This document shows positions 19,397 to 29,078 of a stretch of 64,000 bases of DNA, piece after piece (position 1 is the stretch's first letter; each line of letters opens with the position of its first letter). The stretch is from the NCBI GenBank assembly GCA_041690395.1, contig JAWLHJ010000002.1, positions 356,707 through 420,706 of the forward strand, read 5' to 3'. This DNA is from Longimicrobiales bacterium. GTDB taxonomy: Bacteria; Gemmatimonadota; Gemmatimonadetes; Longimicrobiales; Gaopeijiaceae. The notes beneath the pieces were generated by a model. The model ran no database searches. It was not told the DNA's origin and was given only the letters and a program-made list of their open reading frames with translations. The position numbers were made by a program, and so were the translations under genes.

Positions 19397-21847
19397 ATGA
19401 ATACGTCCGCATCCGCGATGCTCCTGACCGGGCTGCTTCTGGTGGGTCTCACCGGCAGTACCGGCACGGAAGCTCCCGACGATCCGCTCGCCCTGGGTGG
19501 AGCGACGCCCACCTCACCTCGAGCCGAAGCGCCCGACGCGGCCGCAGCCGACGAGATCATCGATCAGTACTGCGTTCGGTGTCACAGCGAGCGGCGCCTG
19601 ACCGGCGGGCTGTCCCTCGAGGGCTTCGACGTGGAAGACGCCGCAAACAGCGCCGACGTCGCGGAGCGCATGATCAAGAAGCTGCGCGCCGGGATGATGC
19701 CTCCGTCGGGCGCGCGGCGGCCCGAGGAAGCGGTGTTGGACGGGCTCGTCCACTCACTCGAGGGGACCCTCGACGAAGCCTGGCAGCGCAACCCGGAGCC
19801 GGGCACGCGCGTCTTCCAGCGACTCAACCAGGCCGAGTACAAGGCCGCGGTCCAGGACCTGCTCGGCATCGAGGTCGACGTCTCCGCCTACCTGCCCCAG
19901 GACACGAAGAGCGCCAACTTCGACAACATCGCCGACGTGCAGATGCCGTCGACGACCGTCATCGAAGGATACCTGAGGGCCGCCGGGCAGATCGCGCGGC
20001 TGGCGCTCGGAAACCCCGAGGCGGAAGTCGACAACACGATGTACGAGATGCCCCGCATCGCGTCGCAGAAGGACCGGGTGGAAGGAGCGCCGCTCGGCAC
20101 GCGTGGAGGCATCTCGGTCGTGCACACCTTCCCCGCCGACGGCAAGTATGTATTCCACGTCATGCCGTACAACGCGGTGGAGGGCGAGGTCTTCGGCCGG
20201 ACCTGGGGTCAGGACCAGCTCGAGATCTCCATCGACGGCGAGCGCGTCGCGCTTCTGTCCATCGACCGTTGGATGCACGAGTCCGAGCCCACGGGGCTGA
20301 ACATCCGGACCGACTCGATTCAGGTCTCGGCCGGACCCCATCGCGTGACGGCGGCCTTCGTCAAGCAGTTCGAGGGAGACCTGGACGACCTCATCCGCCC
20401 CATCGAGCACACCATGGCCGATGGCCAGATCGGCATCGGCTACGGGGTCAGCACGCAGCAGCACCTTCAGCGCGTGACCATTCTCGGCCCGTTCGGCGTG
20501 ACCGGAGTCTCGGACACGCCCACGCGTCGCCGCGTCTTCACCTGCCGGCCCACCGCGCCCGAGGAGGAGCGCCCCTGCGCCGAGCGCATCGTGCGCGACC
20601 TGGCGACCCGCGCCTACCGTCGCGAAGTGAGCGACAGCGACGTCGAAGGGCTGATGTTCTTCTATGACGAGGGCGCCGCGACGCGCGGCTTCGAGGGAGG
20701 CATCCGCACCGCACTCCAGGCGACCCTGGCGAGCCCGCACTTCGTGTTCCGGATGGAAGAGGCACCGAGCGACGTCGAGCCGGGGGAGATCTACGAGATC
20801 AGGGACGCGGATCTCGCCTCGCGACTGTCGTTCTTCCTGTGGGGCGCTCCGCCGGACGACGAGCTGATCCGCCTGGCCGATCAGGGCGACCTGACGAACG
20901 ACGACGAGCTGGAGCGTCAGGTCCGCCGGATGCTCGAGGACCCACGCGCCGAAGCGCTCGCGACGCGCTTCGCCGCCCAATGGCTCCGGCTGCAGGATCT
21001 GGACAAGATCCGCCCGGACGCCCTGAGCTACCCGTACTACGACCAGACGCTCGCCGAGGCGATGCACCGGGAAACCGAGCTGTTGTTCGACCACATTCGT
21101 GAAGACAACCGGCCCATCACCGACCTTCTGACGGCGGACTACACCTTCGTCAACGAGCGGCTGGCCCGTCACTACGGGATTCCCGGCGTGCTCGGTCCGG
21201 ACTTCCGCCGCGTGGAGTATCCCGACGATCGGCGGCGGGGCCTCCTCGGCCACGGCAGCATCCTGACGCTGACGTCGCACGCGAACCGCACGTCGCCGGT
21301 GCTGCGCGGCAAATGGGTCATGGAGGTTCTCCTCGGAACGCCGCCCCCGCCCCCGCCCCCGAACGTGCCGGAGCTCGAAGCGACGGACGCCGCCGAGGAA
21401 GGACGGTTCCTGACGGTTCGTGAGCGGATGGAGCAGCACCGGGCCAATCCGGCGTGCTCGTCCTGCCACAACGTCATCGATCCCATCGGGCTCGCGTTCG
21501 AGAACTTCGACGTCACCGGTGCCTGGCGCGCCCGCGACGGAGGCAGTCCCGTGGACACGAAGTCGGAGCTGTACGACGGCACGCCCATCGAGGGCGTGGA
21601 CGGGCTACGCGCCGCGCTCCTCCGCCGGCCCGAAGTCTTCTACCGCGTCTTCACCGAGAACATGATGGCGTACGGACTCGGTCGGCGGGTGGAGTACTTC
21701 GACCAGCCCGCCATTCGTGAGATCACCCGCGCGGCCGCCGAGCAGGATCACCGTCTCTCGGCCTACGTCCTCGGCGTGGTGACCACACCCGCGTTCCGGA
21801 CCAGCCGTGCGGGTCAGCCCGCGGTTACGACAGAGCAAGCCAACTGA
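19397..21847 (+). CDS. DUF1592-type (planctomycete-like cytochrome c) protein
   Basis: CxxCH motifs CVRCH and CSSCH; RLNQAEY, LASRLSFFLW, RTSPVLRGKW; start uncertain (19334-19418). Confidence 0.85.
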   Translation: MNTSASAMLLTGLLLVGLTGSTGTEAPDDPLALGGATPTSPRAEAPDAAAADEIIDQYCVRCHSERRLTGGLSLEGFDVEDAANSADVAERMIKKLRAGMMPPSGARRPEEAVLDGLVHSLEGTLDEAWQRNPEPGTRVFQRLNQAEYKAAVQDLLGIEVDVSAYLPQDTKSANFDNIADVQMPSTTVIEGYLRAAGQIARLALGNPEAEVDNTMYEMPRIASQKDRVEGAPLGTRGGISVVHTFPADGKYVFHVMPYNAVEGEVFGRTWGQDQLEISIDGERVALLSIDRWMHESEPTGLNIRTDSIQVSAGPHRVTAAFVKQFEGDLDDLIRPIEHTMADGQIGIGYGVSTQQHLQRVTILGPFGVTGVSDTPTRRRVFTCRPTAPEEERPCAERIVRDLATRAYRREVSDSDVEGLMFFYDEGAATRGFEGGIRTALQATLASPHFVFRMEEAPSDVEPGEIYEIRDADLASRLSFFLWGAPPDDELIRLADQGDLTNDDELERQVRRMLEDPRAEALATRFAAQWLRLQDLDKIRPDALSYPYYDQTLAEAMHRETELLFDHIREDNRPITDLLTADYTFVNERLARHYGIPGVLGPDFRRVEYPDDRRRGLLGHGSILTLTSHANRTSPVLRGKWVMEVLLGTPPPPPPPNVPELEATDAAEEGRFLTVRERMEQHRANPACSSCHNVIDPIGLAFENFDVTGAWRARDGGSPVDTKSELYDGTPIEGVDGLRAALLRRPEVFYRVFTENMMAYGLGRRVEYFDQPAIREITRAAAEQDHRLSAYVLGVVTTPAFRTSRAGQPAVTTEQAN

Positions 21848-21874
21848 CACTCCCACCTCGAACGAGGCAGAACG

Positions 21875-23296
21875 ATGGAATACGTGACCGGAAAGCACAT
21901 TTCGAGAAGGGCCATGCTCAAGGGCATGGGCGCGACGGTCGGCTTGCCGCTCCTCGATGCCATGGTGCCGGCCTCCCGTCCCCTGGCCGCGACGGAGGCG
22001 GGTAAGGCGGCGGACAGCACGCGCCTGGTGTGCATCGAGAACGTGCACGGCAGCGCCGGCTCCAACGACCTCGGTGCCACGATGGGTCTGTGGTCGCCCC
22101 ACGACGAGGGCAAGAACTTCGACCTCACGACGAGCAGCATGCTGCCCCTCGAGAAGTACCGGAAGTACCTGACCATCGTCAGCGACACCGACTCGCGCAT
22201 GGCCGACGCGTTCTCGCCGGCGGAGATCGGCGGCGATCATTTCCGCACGGCGGCGGTCTTCCTCACGCAGTCGCATCCCAAGCAGACGCAGGGCTCCGAC
22301 GTGTTCGCCGGCACCTCGTTCGATCAGGTGTACGCGAAGCGCATGGGCGGCGAGACCCCGATTCCGTCCATGCAGCTCACCATCGAGCACGTGGACCAGG
22401 CCGGTGGCTGCGCCTACGGCTATTCGTGTGCCTACACCGACAGCATCAGCTGGGCCTCACCCACCGAGCCGCTCCCCATGATCCGGGACCCGCGCGCGAT
22501 CTTCGAGCAGCTCTTCGGGGCCGGCGGTACCCCGGAGCAGCGGGCGGAGCGCATGGCGACGGACCGGAGCATCCTCGACTGGGTCCGGGGCGAGATGTCC
22601 GGGCTGCGTCGTAACCTCGGCCCCGCCGATCGTCACCGGCTCGACCTGTATACGACGAACATCCGGGAGCTCGAGCAGCGCATCCAGCGCATCGAGGTCC
22701 AGAACGCCAGCGGCGAGGAGCGGGAGATTCCCGAGGCGCCGGTGGGCGTACCGGACGACTTCGCGGAGCACATGCGCCTGATGTTCGACCTCCAGGTCGT
22801 GGCGTTCATGGCGGACACGACCCGCGTCTTCTCGCTGAAGATGGGCCGCGACGCGTCGCCGCGGGTGTACCCGGAAAGCGGATCGGATTCGCCGTTCCAC
22901 GCTGCGTCGCACCACGGCGGCCGCGAGGAGCGGATCCTCGACTTCGCCAAGATCAACACGTACCACGTGTCGATGATTCCGTACTTCCTCGACAAGCTGG
23001 CCGCGGCGGAAGACGGCGACGGGACGCTGCTCGACAAGACCATGGTCCTGTACGGATCGGCGATGGCCGACTCGAACCTGCATAACCACATCCGCTGCCC
23101 CCTCTTCCTGGTCGGCGGAGCGAATGGGCTGCTCGAGGGCGAGAACCACCTGCGGGCGGCCCCGGGCACCCCGATGGCCAACGTCATGCTCAGCCTTCTC
23201 CACAAGCTCGGCGTCGACGACCTCGAGTCGTTCGGCAACAGCAACGGGACGTTCGATTTCTCGAGGAGCACAAATGCCGTCACATCACATCGCTAA
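21875..23296 (+). CDS. DUF1552 family protein
   Basis: SRRAMLKG Tat-like motif, LPLLDAM, HAASHH. Confidence 0.85.
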   Translation: MEYVTGKHISRRAMLKGMGATVGLPLLDAMVPASRPLAATEAGKAADSTRLVCIENVHGSAGSNDLGATMGLWSPHDEGKNFDLTTSSMLPLEKYRKYLTIVSDTDSRMADAFSPAEIGGDHFRTAAVFLTQSHPKQTQGSDVFAGTSFDQVYAKRMGGETPIPSMQLTIEHVDQAGGCAYGYSCAYTDSISWASPTEPLPMIRDPRAIFEQLFGAGGTPEQRAERMATDRSILDWVRGEMSGLRRNLGPADRHRLDLYTTNIRELEQRIQRIEVQNASGEEREIPEAPVGVPDDFAEHMRLMFDLQVVAFMADTTRVFSLKMGRDASPRVYPESGSDSPFHAASHHGGREERILDFAKINTYHVSMIPYFLDKLAAAEDGDGTLLDKTMVLYGSAMADSNLHNHIRCPLFLVGGANGLLEGENHLRAAPGTPMANVMLSLLHKLGVDDLESFGNSNGTFDFSRSTNAVTSHR

Positions 23297-25124
23297 GAGA
23301 CGCATGGGCCTACGGGCCGCTTCCGTTCTCGGGCTGAGCCTGCTGCTCGGTGGGGCCGCGCCCCTCGAGGCGCCGGTGGAGACGCCTGTCGCGGACGCCG
23401 CCCAGGCGAACGACATGGCACAGGTCCGCGCCCTGCTGCAGCAGGGCGCGGACGTCAACGCCCCGCAGCCGGACGGACTGACGGCACTCCACTGGGCCGC
23501 GGTGAACGGCAGCCAGGAGATCGTGGACGTCCTGCTCTATGCAGGCGCCAGCCTGGAGCCGCGCACCCGTGTGGGTGGATACACCCCGCTGCATCTCGCG
23601 GCCCGCTCGGGCAAGGCGACCATCGTCCGCTCGCTTCTCGAGCGTGGCGCGGAGGTCGACCAATGGACCTCGACCGGCGTGACGGCCCTTCACTTCGCGG
23701 CGCAGGCCAATGACGCCGAGGCGATTCGCGCGCTCGTGGCGCACGGCGCGGATATCAACGCGCTGGACGGCTTCCAGAGCCGGACGCCGCTCGTCTTCGC
23801 GGCGTCGGACAATGCGACGGCAGCCGTCCAGACGCTCCTCGAGTTGGGCGCAGACGCGTCGATCACCACGGCCTTGAAGGACTACGTGGCCATCGCCGAG
23901 CGCGACAGCGAAGAGCGCACCAAGCGTGCCAACGTTCGCGCCGCCCAGACCGGCGAGGAGCCGAGAGGCGACCCGCGGTTCCCTCCCGGGGCGCAGCCCC
24001 AAGGCAACGAGCCGCCGGACAGCACCGAGGCGGAGCCGGCCGAGGAATCCGCCGAGGAGGAGCCGGAAGAAGAGCCAGAAGAGCCCGAGGAACCCACGGT
24101 GAAAGCGCTTTCCTCGGAGGAGCAGATCGGTGTGCAGGGCGGCTTCGCACCGCTCCACTATGCCGCGCGCCAGGGACATATGGAGACGGCCCGGATTCTC
24201 CTCGCCGAAGGAGCGGACATCGACCAGCGCTCCGGCGACCAGTCGAGCCCGCTACTCGTGGCGGTCATCAACGGCAACTACGACCTCGCCATGATGCTCC
24301 TCGAGCGCGGCGCAGACCCGAACCTCGTGAGCGACGACGGGGCGGGCCCCCTGTTCGCGACGTTGAACATCGAGTGGTCGCTCAGGACGTGGTATCCGCA
24401 GCCCCAGATGTTCCGCGTGCAGGAGACCTCGTATCTGGATCTCATGAAGGCCCTGCTCGAGGCGGGTGCGGAGCCCAACCAGCGCACCACCACGCATATC
24501 TGGTATGCTGCGTACAACGCCGGCCGCATGGGCGTGGACTTCACCGGCGCAACGCCCTTCTGGAGAGCGGCGTACGCGACCGACGTCACCGCGATGCGGC
24601 TCCTCGTCGAATACGGGGCCGACCCGAACATCTGGACCACGAAGCTGCCCGAGCGTCGGCGCTTCGTGGATCCCGACGAGGATGAAGAGGAAGAGGAGGA
24701 TCCCTCCGGTCTTCCGCCCGTCGAAGTGGGTGGCAACGCGGTGCACCCCATCCACGCCGCTTCGGGCGTCGGCTTCGGAACGTCGCGCGTCGCGCAGCAG
24801 CACCGCAGCGTCCCGGACGGATGGCTCCCCGCGATGAAGTACTTCGTGGAAGAGCTCGGCATCGATCCGAACCTGCGTGACATGGACGGCTATTCACCGG
24901 TCCATCACTCGGCCGCACGCGGCGACAACGCGACCATCGAGTATCTGGTCTCGCAGGGCGCCGACGTCACGCTCGTCAGCCGACGCGGCCAGACCACGGC
25001 CGACATGGCGAACAGCCCGGAGCAGCGGGCTCAGCCGCATCCCGCGACCATCGCGCTGCTCGAGGGGTTGGGGTCGTTGAACAACCACAACTGTCAGAGC
25101 TGCGGGACGGGCGGCGGGAACTAA
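23274..25124 (+). CDS. Secreted ankyrin-repeat protein
   Basis: GAGGAG RBS; many TALH/TPLH ankyrin repeats; C-terminal CQSC. Confidence 0.85.
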   Translation: MPSHHIAKRRMGLRAASVLGLSLLLGGAAPLEAPVETPVADAAQANDMAQVRALLQQGADVNAPQPDGLTALHWAAVNGSQEIVDVLLYAGASLEPRTRVGGYTPLHLAARSGKATIVRSLLERGAEVDQWTSTGVTALHFAAQANDAEAIRALVAHGADINALDGFQSRTPLVFAASDNATAAVQTLLELGADASITTALKDYVAIAERDSEERTKRANVRAAQTGEEPRGDPRFPPGAQPQGNEPPDSTEAEPAEESAEEEPEEEPEEPEEPTVKALSSEEQIGVQGGFAPLHYAARQGHMETARILLAEGADIDQRSGDQSSPLLVAVINGNYDLAMMLLERGADPNLVSDDGAGPLFATLNIEWSLRTWYPQPQMFRVQETSYLDLMKALLEAGAEPNQRTTTHIWYAAYNAGRMGVDFTGATPFWRAAYATDVTAMRLLVEYGADPNIWTTKLPERRRFVDPDEDEEEEEDPSGLPPVEVGGNAVHPIHAASGVGFGTSRVAQQHRSVPDGWLPAMKYFVEELGIDPNLRDMDGYSPVHHSAARGDNATIEYLVSQGADVTLVSRRGQTTADMANSPEQRAQPHPATIALLEGLGSLNNHNCQSCGTGGGN

Positions 25125-25184
25125 CCCGAACTCGACCTCGGCAGAGGGAGCCGTCGACTGCGAAGGATGCGGTCGGCGGCTCTT

Positions 25185-25700
25185 TCATTTCGTCTTCGGC
25201 GTGATGGCCATGACGAAGGGGCCGCGCTGCCGCAGTTCCGGGCGCGCGAGTCCGGCGTGGTCGTCAACTGGCCCTACAGGGAAGGTCGTGGCTGCGCCGT
25301 GTGGCGGCCTGACCCCAAACACGATCTCTGCGCGATCCCCAACGCTGATTCGATGATCTGCGAACCATCCCTGTCTGACCTCGAGGGCAAACATGACCGG
25401 GCCCTGGGACCACTTCGGGGTCAGGTCCAGGGGCTCGAGTTGCTCGATGCTCAGGATTCGAGACTGAGCGTCCAGGAAGGCCACGTCCAACGGGACATAC
25501 GTATCCTTCATCCAGACCCCCTGGATCTCGGCCCGCGGGAAGACGAACAGCATGCCCGTGCCATCGGGAACGGACTCTCGGAACATCAGACCGCGCTCCC
25601 GCTCCTCGTCCGTTCGAGCGATCTCCGCGCGGATCGTGTCAGAGCCGAACACGACCCATGCGTAGCTGGGTGCCGGCTCCCGCGCCCATCGTTCGGCCAC
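25185..25700 (-). CDS. DUF192 (UPF0127) domain; start unclear, possibly a frameshifted C-terminus of the upstream gene
   Basis: AEIARTDEERERGLMFR, GMLFVF, WMKDTYVPLDVAF, ALEV. Confidence 0.75.
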   Translation of the reverse strand: MAERWAREPAPSYAWVVFGSDTIRAEIARTDEERERGLMFRESVPDGTGMLFVFPRAEIQGVWMKDTYVPLDVAFLDAQSRILSIEQLEPLDLTPKWSQGPVMFALEVRQGWFADHRISVGDRAEIVFGVRPPHGAATTFPVGPVDDHAGLARPELRQRGPFVMAITPKTK

Positions 25701-26832
25701 GCACAAATTCAATGCCCTCGGGTGAGCGCGGCGGATCACCCCGGAAGCTGAGTCCAGTGTTGCACGGCTGCTCGCCCGACGGGAGCAGGTGCCATTCGAC
25801 CCTCGCGGTCCCGAACCGTGCATACGTCATGGGTAGATCCGGGTACGGCCGCGCAGGCCCGGAGTGGCGAAAGAAAAGTCCACGGGACGCGACGAGGTGG
25901 GGCTTAGCATCCGAGCCTCCCTCGTAGGACGCGAACGAGACCGACCCAGCCGCGTTCTCGTCACGGGCAGGAACCTCGAAGCGCCAATCCGCGCTCACGA
26001 ACGCGTCACCAGGGACCAAGCTGATGATGCCCCTCATCGTCGCTCCCCTGCCTTCGCCATTTCCACAGTAGACAAGGGTGGCTCGCCCGTCCGACTCAGA
26101 GGCCACGGCGAAGTCGTGAAGGGCGCCGAACACAGGGCTCGCGAAGTGATACGCATGCGTCCTGTCGAGCTCGGGGTAGGTCCAGGCCAGGTCGCGGCTC
26201 CTTGTCGTGCCGCCGACCACCAGAGGCGGCCACGCGTACCCTTCGTTCCAGATGCGGTCGTCGAGCGAGCGAGGTGTGTGGTCCTCTCCGTGGATGACGC
26301 CGGAGCCACCAGCTGCGATCTGGTTCACGAACCCGGAGTTCGGGATGCGATGCAGGTCCTGCTCCCGTACCGGTCCGCCGTACCGAGAGAGGGAGGCGAA
26401 CCACGCCCGTGACCCGGTCTCTACCGAGTAGCGGGACGCCACCTCCGACCACAGCCTTCGAGCCCGCTCGTCATCCTCGACCGGGCACAGGTCCGGTGCC
26501 TCCACCGTCAAGCCTTCGATGGCGGTCGCCTGGGGCTCGAACCGAATCAGTCCATCGGGCGGGATATCCGCTACCTGGACGATCAGTGTCTCGAAGCCGA
26601 CATGCGTCAGGGTGATGCGCTGCGCTTCGGACCAGCGCTCGAAGGTCAGGTCAGCAAGGCCGTCAGCGGAGGTCGAGGTCGCCCCGATGAGCTCTCCACG
26701 CCCGAGGACGCTGATCTGGACGGCAGGGACAGGGCGTCCGTTCGGGTCCACGACCTGAATGGTCACTTGCGCGGCCAACGGCGAAGAGAGGATCCCCGCC
26801 AGTACCGCCGCGCCCAACAGCCGCGACATCAT
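25639..26832 (-). CDS. Secreted hypothetical protein with carboxypeptidase-regulatory-like N-domain
   Basis: GGAGG RBS, signal peptide, VVDPNGRPVP..TSADG; overlaps the DUF192 frame. Confidence 0.65.
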   Translation of the reverse strand: MMSRLLGAAVLAGILSSPLAAQVTIQVVDPNGRPVPAVQISVLGRGELIGATSTSADGLADLTFERWSEAQRITLTHVGFETLIVQVADIPPDGLIRFEPQATAIEGLTVEAPDLCPVEDDERARRLWSEVASRYSVETGSRAWFASLSRYGGPVREQDLHRIPNSGFVNQIAAGGSGVIHGEDHTPRSLDDRIWNEGYAWPPLVVGGTTRSRDLAWTYPELDRTHAYHFASPVFGALHDFAVASESDGRATLVYCGNGEGRGATMRGIISLVPGDAFVSADWRFEVPARDENAAGSVSFASYEGGSDAKPHLVASRGLFFRHSGPARPYPDLPMTYARFGTARVEWHLLPSGEQPCNTGLSFRGDPPRSPEGIEFVRGRTMGAGAGTQLRMGRVRL

Positions 26833-26954
26833 GGGTGCCTCCCTGAGATCTCGAGCCGACCTAACCCAGCGTAGGCGCTCATCCTTCCAGAGACCTACGG
26901 AGTTCAACGGTCAGAATACGATGCCAGAACGCTGCAGGCCATGTAGGTTGGATC

Positions 26955-27872
26955 ATGAGTCTACGAAAGTCACCTCGGCTGGCCTTGCTGCTCGCAGCAC
27001 TCTCGTGTCCCGTTGGGTCGGCCGCGCAGACCATTCTCGGTTACACGCCCGAAGAGTGCTCCAGCTGCGAGGTATGGAACAGAGCACACGAAGCGGTCAG
27101 CATCTTCGGCAACAGCTATTGGGTCGGGACAGAAGGACTGGGCTCGATCCTGATTACCTCGCAGCAAGGGCACATCCTGATCGACGGGGGCCTTCCTGAG
27201 TCTGCGCCCCGCATCGAGCAGAACATCCGGAGCCTGGGCTTCCGAATCGAGGATGTGCGGTTGATCCTGAACTCGCACGCGCATTTCGACCATGCCGGCG
27301 GCCTTGCGAGGCTTCAGGAGAACTCGGGCGCCGAAGTGGCTGCCCTCGCGCCAGCCGCAGCTGCTCTCGAACGCGGAGAGGCTGCGTCGGATGATCCGCA
27401 GTATGGCGCCTTGCTGCCCTTCCCCCGGGTGAACTCGGTCAGGCGAATCATGGATGGCGATTCGTTGCGCGTAGGCGATCAAGTCGTGGTTGCTCACCAT
27501 ACGGGCGGTCATACGCCTGGGGGCACCACGTGGTCGTGGATCTCCTGCGAGGAGGAGCAATGCCTCAACCTGGTGTACGCCGACAGTCAGACACCGATCT
27601 CGGCGGACGGCTTCCTGTTCTCGAGAAATGCGGGATATACTTCGGCCGTCGACGACTTCCGGCGTGGACATGAAACCCTCGGCACCCTTCGCTGTGACGT
27701 CCTGGTCACGCCGCACCCGGGAGCTTCGGGATTCTGGGAACGGGTGTCCGCGCGGGAAGAAGGTGCGACCGATGCCCTCGTGGACCCGGATGCGTGCCGA
27801 CGCTATGCCGAGACAGCGAGGGAGCAGCTGGAGCGGCGACTCGAGCGGGAACGGGGTGGAGGCTCACGATGA
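26955..27872 (+). CDS. Subclass B3 metallo-beta-lactamase-like protein
   Basis: Signal peptide; SHAHFDHAGG, GHTPGGTTW, YADS, CDVLVTPHP. Confidence 0.88.
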   Translation: MSLRKSPRLALLLAALSCPVGSAAQTILGYTPEECSSCEVWNRAHEAVSIFGNSYWVGTEGLGSILITSQQGHILIDGGLPESAPRIEQNIRSLGFRIEDVRLILNSHAHFDHAGGLARLQENSGAEVAALAPAAAALERGEAASDDPQYGALLPFPRVNSVRRIMDGDSLRVGDQVVVAHHTGGHTPGGTTWSWISCEEEQCLNLVYADSQTPISADGFLFSRNAGYTSAVDDFRRGHETLGTLRCDVLVTPHPGASGFWERVSAREEGATDALVDPDACRRYAETAREQLERRLERERGGGSR

Positions 27873-28070
27873 CTCGTGTGAGCAACGTGTGCGGCTGCTC
27901 GGGATCCTGCATCCTCAGAAGATCGGCAACGAGTCTCATCGCGGGTTCGCATTGTGGTGAGCGTATCGGGGGTCGACACAAGGCTACACCTCGAGGGCGG
28001 CGAGTGCGCCCTTCGTGGCAGGCACGGTTCCTGCCCCCTTTGAGGTCCTCCCCCCACCGCAGGAGCCGAT

Positions 28071-28580
28071 ATGGCCGACGAAAAGAGGATCGAGGAGCTG
28101 CACGAGCTCATCGAGGATATCGAGATCGCGATGCTCACCACCCGGCGCCCGGACGGACGCCTCGTGTCCCGACCGATGGCGACACAGAAGCGTAAGCCGG
28201 TCGCGGACCTCTGGTACGTGACCGATATCGAATCGAACAAGATGGACGAGCTCGAGTTCGATCCGCATGTCAATCTGGGGTTCTACGATCCCGAATCGTG
28301 GGAGTGGGTGTCGGTGAGCGGTACGGGCCGCATGTCGACCGACCGCGACATGATCCGGGAGCTCTACCAGCCCGACTGGAAGGCCTGGTTCGGAGAGATC
28401 GACGAGGAGCGGGACGGGGGGCCGGACGATCCGCGACTGGCGCTGATTCTCGTGGACGCGGATTCGGTGACCTACATGAAGCGCGAGAAGTCGAAGCCGT
28501 CCGTCCTGTTCGAGGTCGCGAAAGGCGCCGTCACGGGCGAGCGGCCGGAGGTGGGCGAGGTCCGGAACGTGTCGTTCTAG
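28071..28580 (+). CDS. General stress protein / pyridoxamine 5'-phosphate oxidase-like
   Basis: IAMLTT..GRLVSRPM, WVSVSG, KAWF..DDPRLALI. Confidence 0.85.
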   Translation: MADEKRIEELHELIEDIEIAMLTTRRPDGRLVSRPMATQKRKPVADLWYVTDIESNKMDELEFDPHVNLGFYDPESWEWVSVSGTGRMSTDRDMIRELYQPDWKAWFGEIDEERDGGPDDPRLALILVDADSVTYMKREKSKPSVLFEVAKGAVTGERPEVGEVRNVSF

Positions 28581-28593
28581 TGACGAGGACACG

Positions 28594-29067
28594 ATGACGC
28601 GATCGCTGGCGACCGCGGCGGGGCTCGGGGTGGTCTCGGGCCTGCGCAGCATGCAGGGACTCGCCTGGGTCTCCCGGGCACTGGCGGGGCGGCGCCTGGC
28701 CCATGGGGCCGGCCCCGTGGAGCGCCTTCTCTCGCACGATCTCGTCGCGAGCACCCTGGCCGTCGCCGCCGCAGGCGAGCTCTCCGCCGACAAACATCCC
28801 TCCACCCCCGACCGGATCGGGTCAACCTCGCTCCTCGCCCGAGCGGCGGCGGGAGCGGCAGTCGGGAGCGTCGCGGCAGGCCGGAACCGGCAGCTGCTCG
28901 GGGCCTTGGCGGGCGCCGGCTGTGCTCTGGCCGGTACCTACGCCGGCTGGTTCCTGCGGCGCGAGGCGGGCCGGGTCACCAACGTGCCCGACATCGCCGT
29001 GGCCCTCGCGGAGGATGCCCTGGCCGTGTCGCTGGCCCGACGCCTGTCGGGAGTCGTAGAAGGATGA
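28594..29067 (+). CDS. DUF4126-like membrane protein
   Basis: GLRSM, GELSADKHP..PDR, ALAEDALA. Confidence 0.7.
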   Translation: MTRSLATAAGLGVVSGLRSMQGLAWVSRALAGRRLAHGAGPVERLLSHDLVASTLAVAAAGELSADKHPSTPDRIGSTSLLARAAAGAAVGSVAAGRNRQLLGALAGAGCALAGTYAGWFLRREAGRVTNVPDIAVALAEDALAVSLARRLSGVVEG

Positions 29068-29078
29068 GCGGCTGATCC

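Noticed and set aside
24020..24095. GAG/GAA-rich repeat-like tract
   Set aside because: Encodes a low-complexity Glu/Pro linker inside the ankyrin protein
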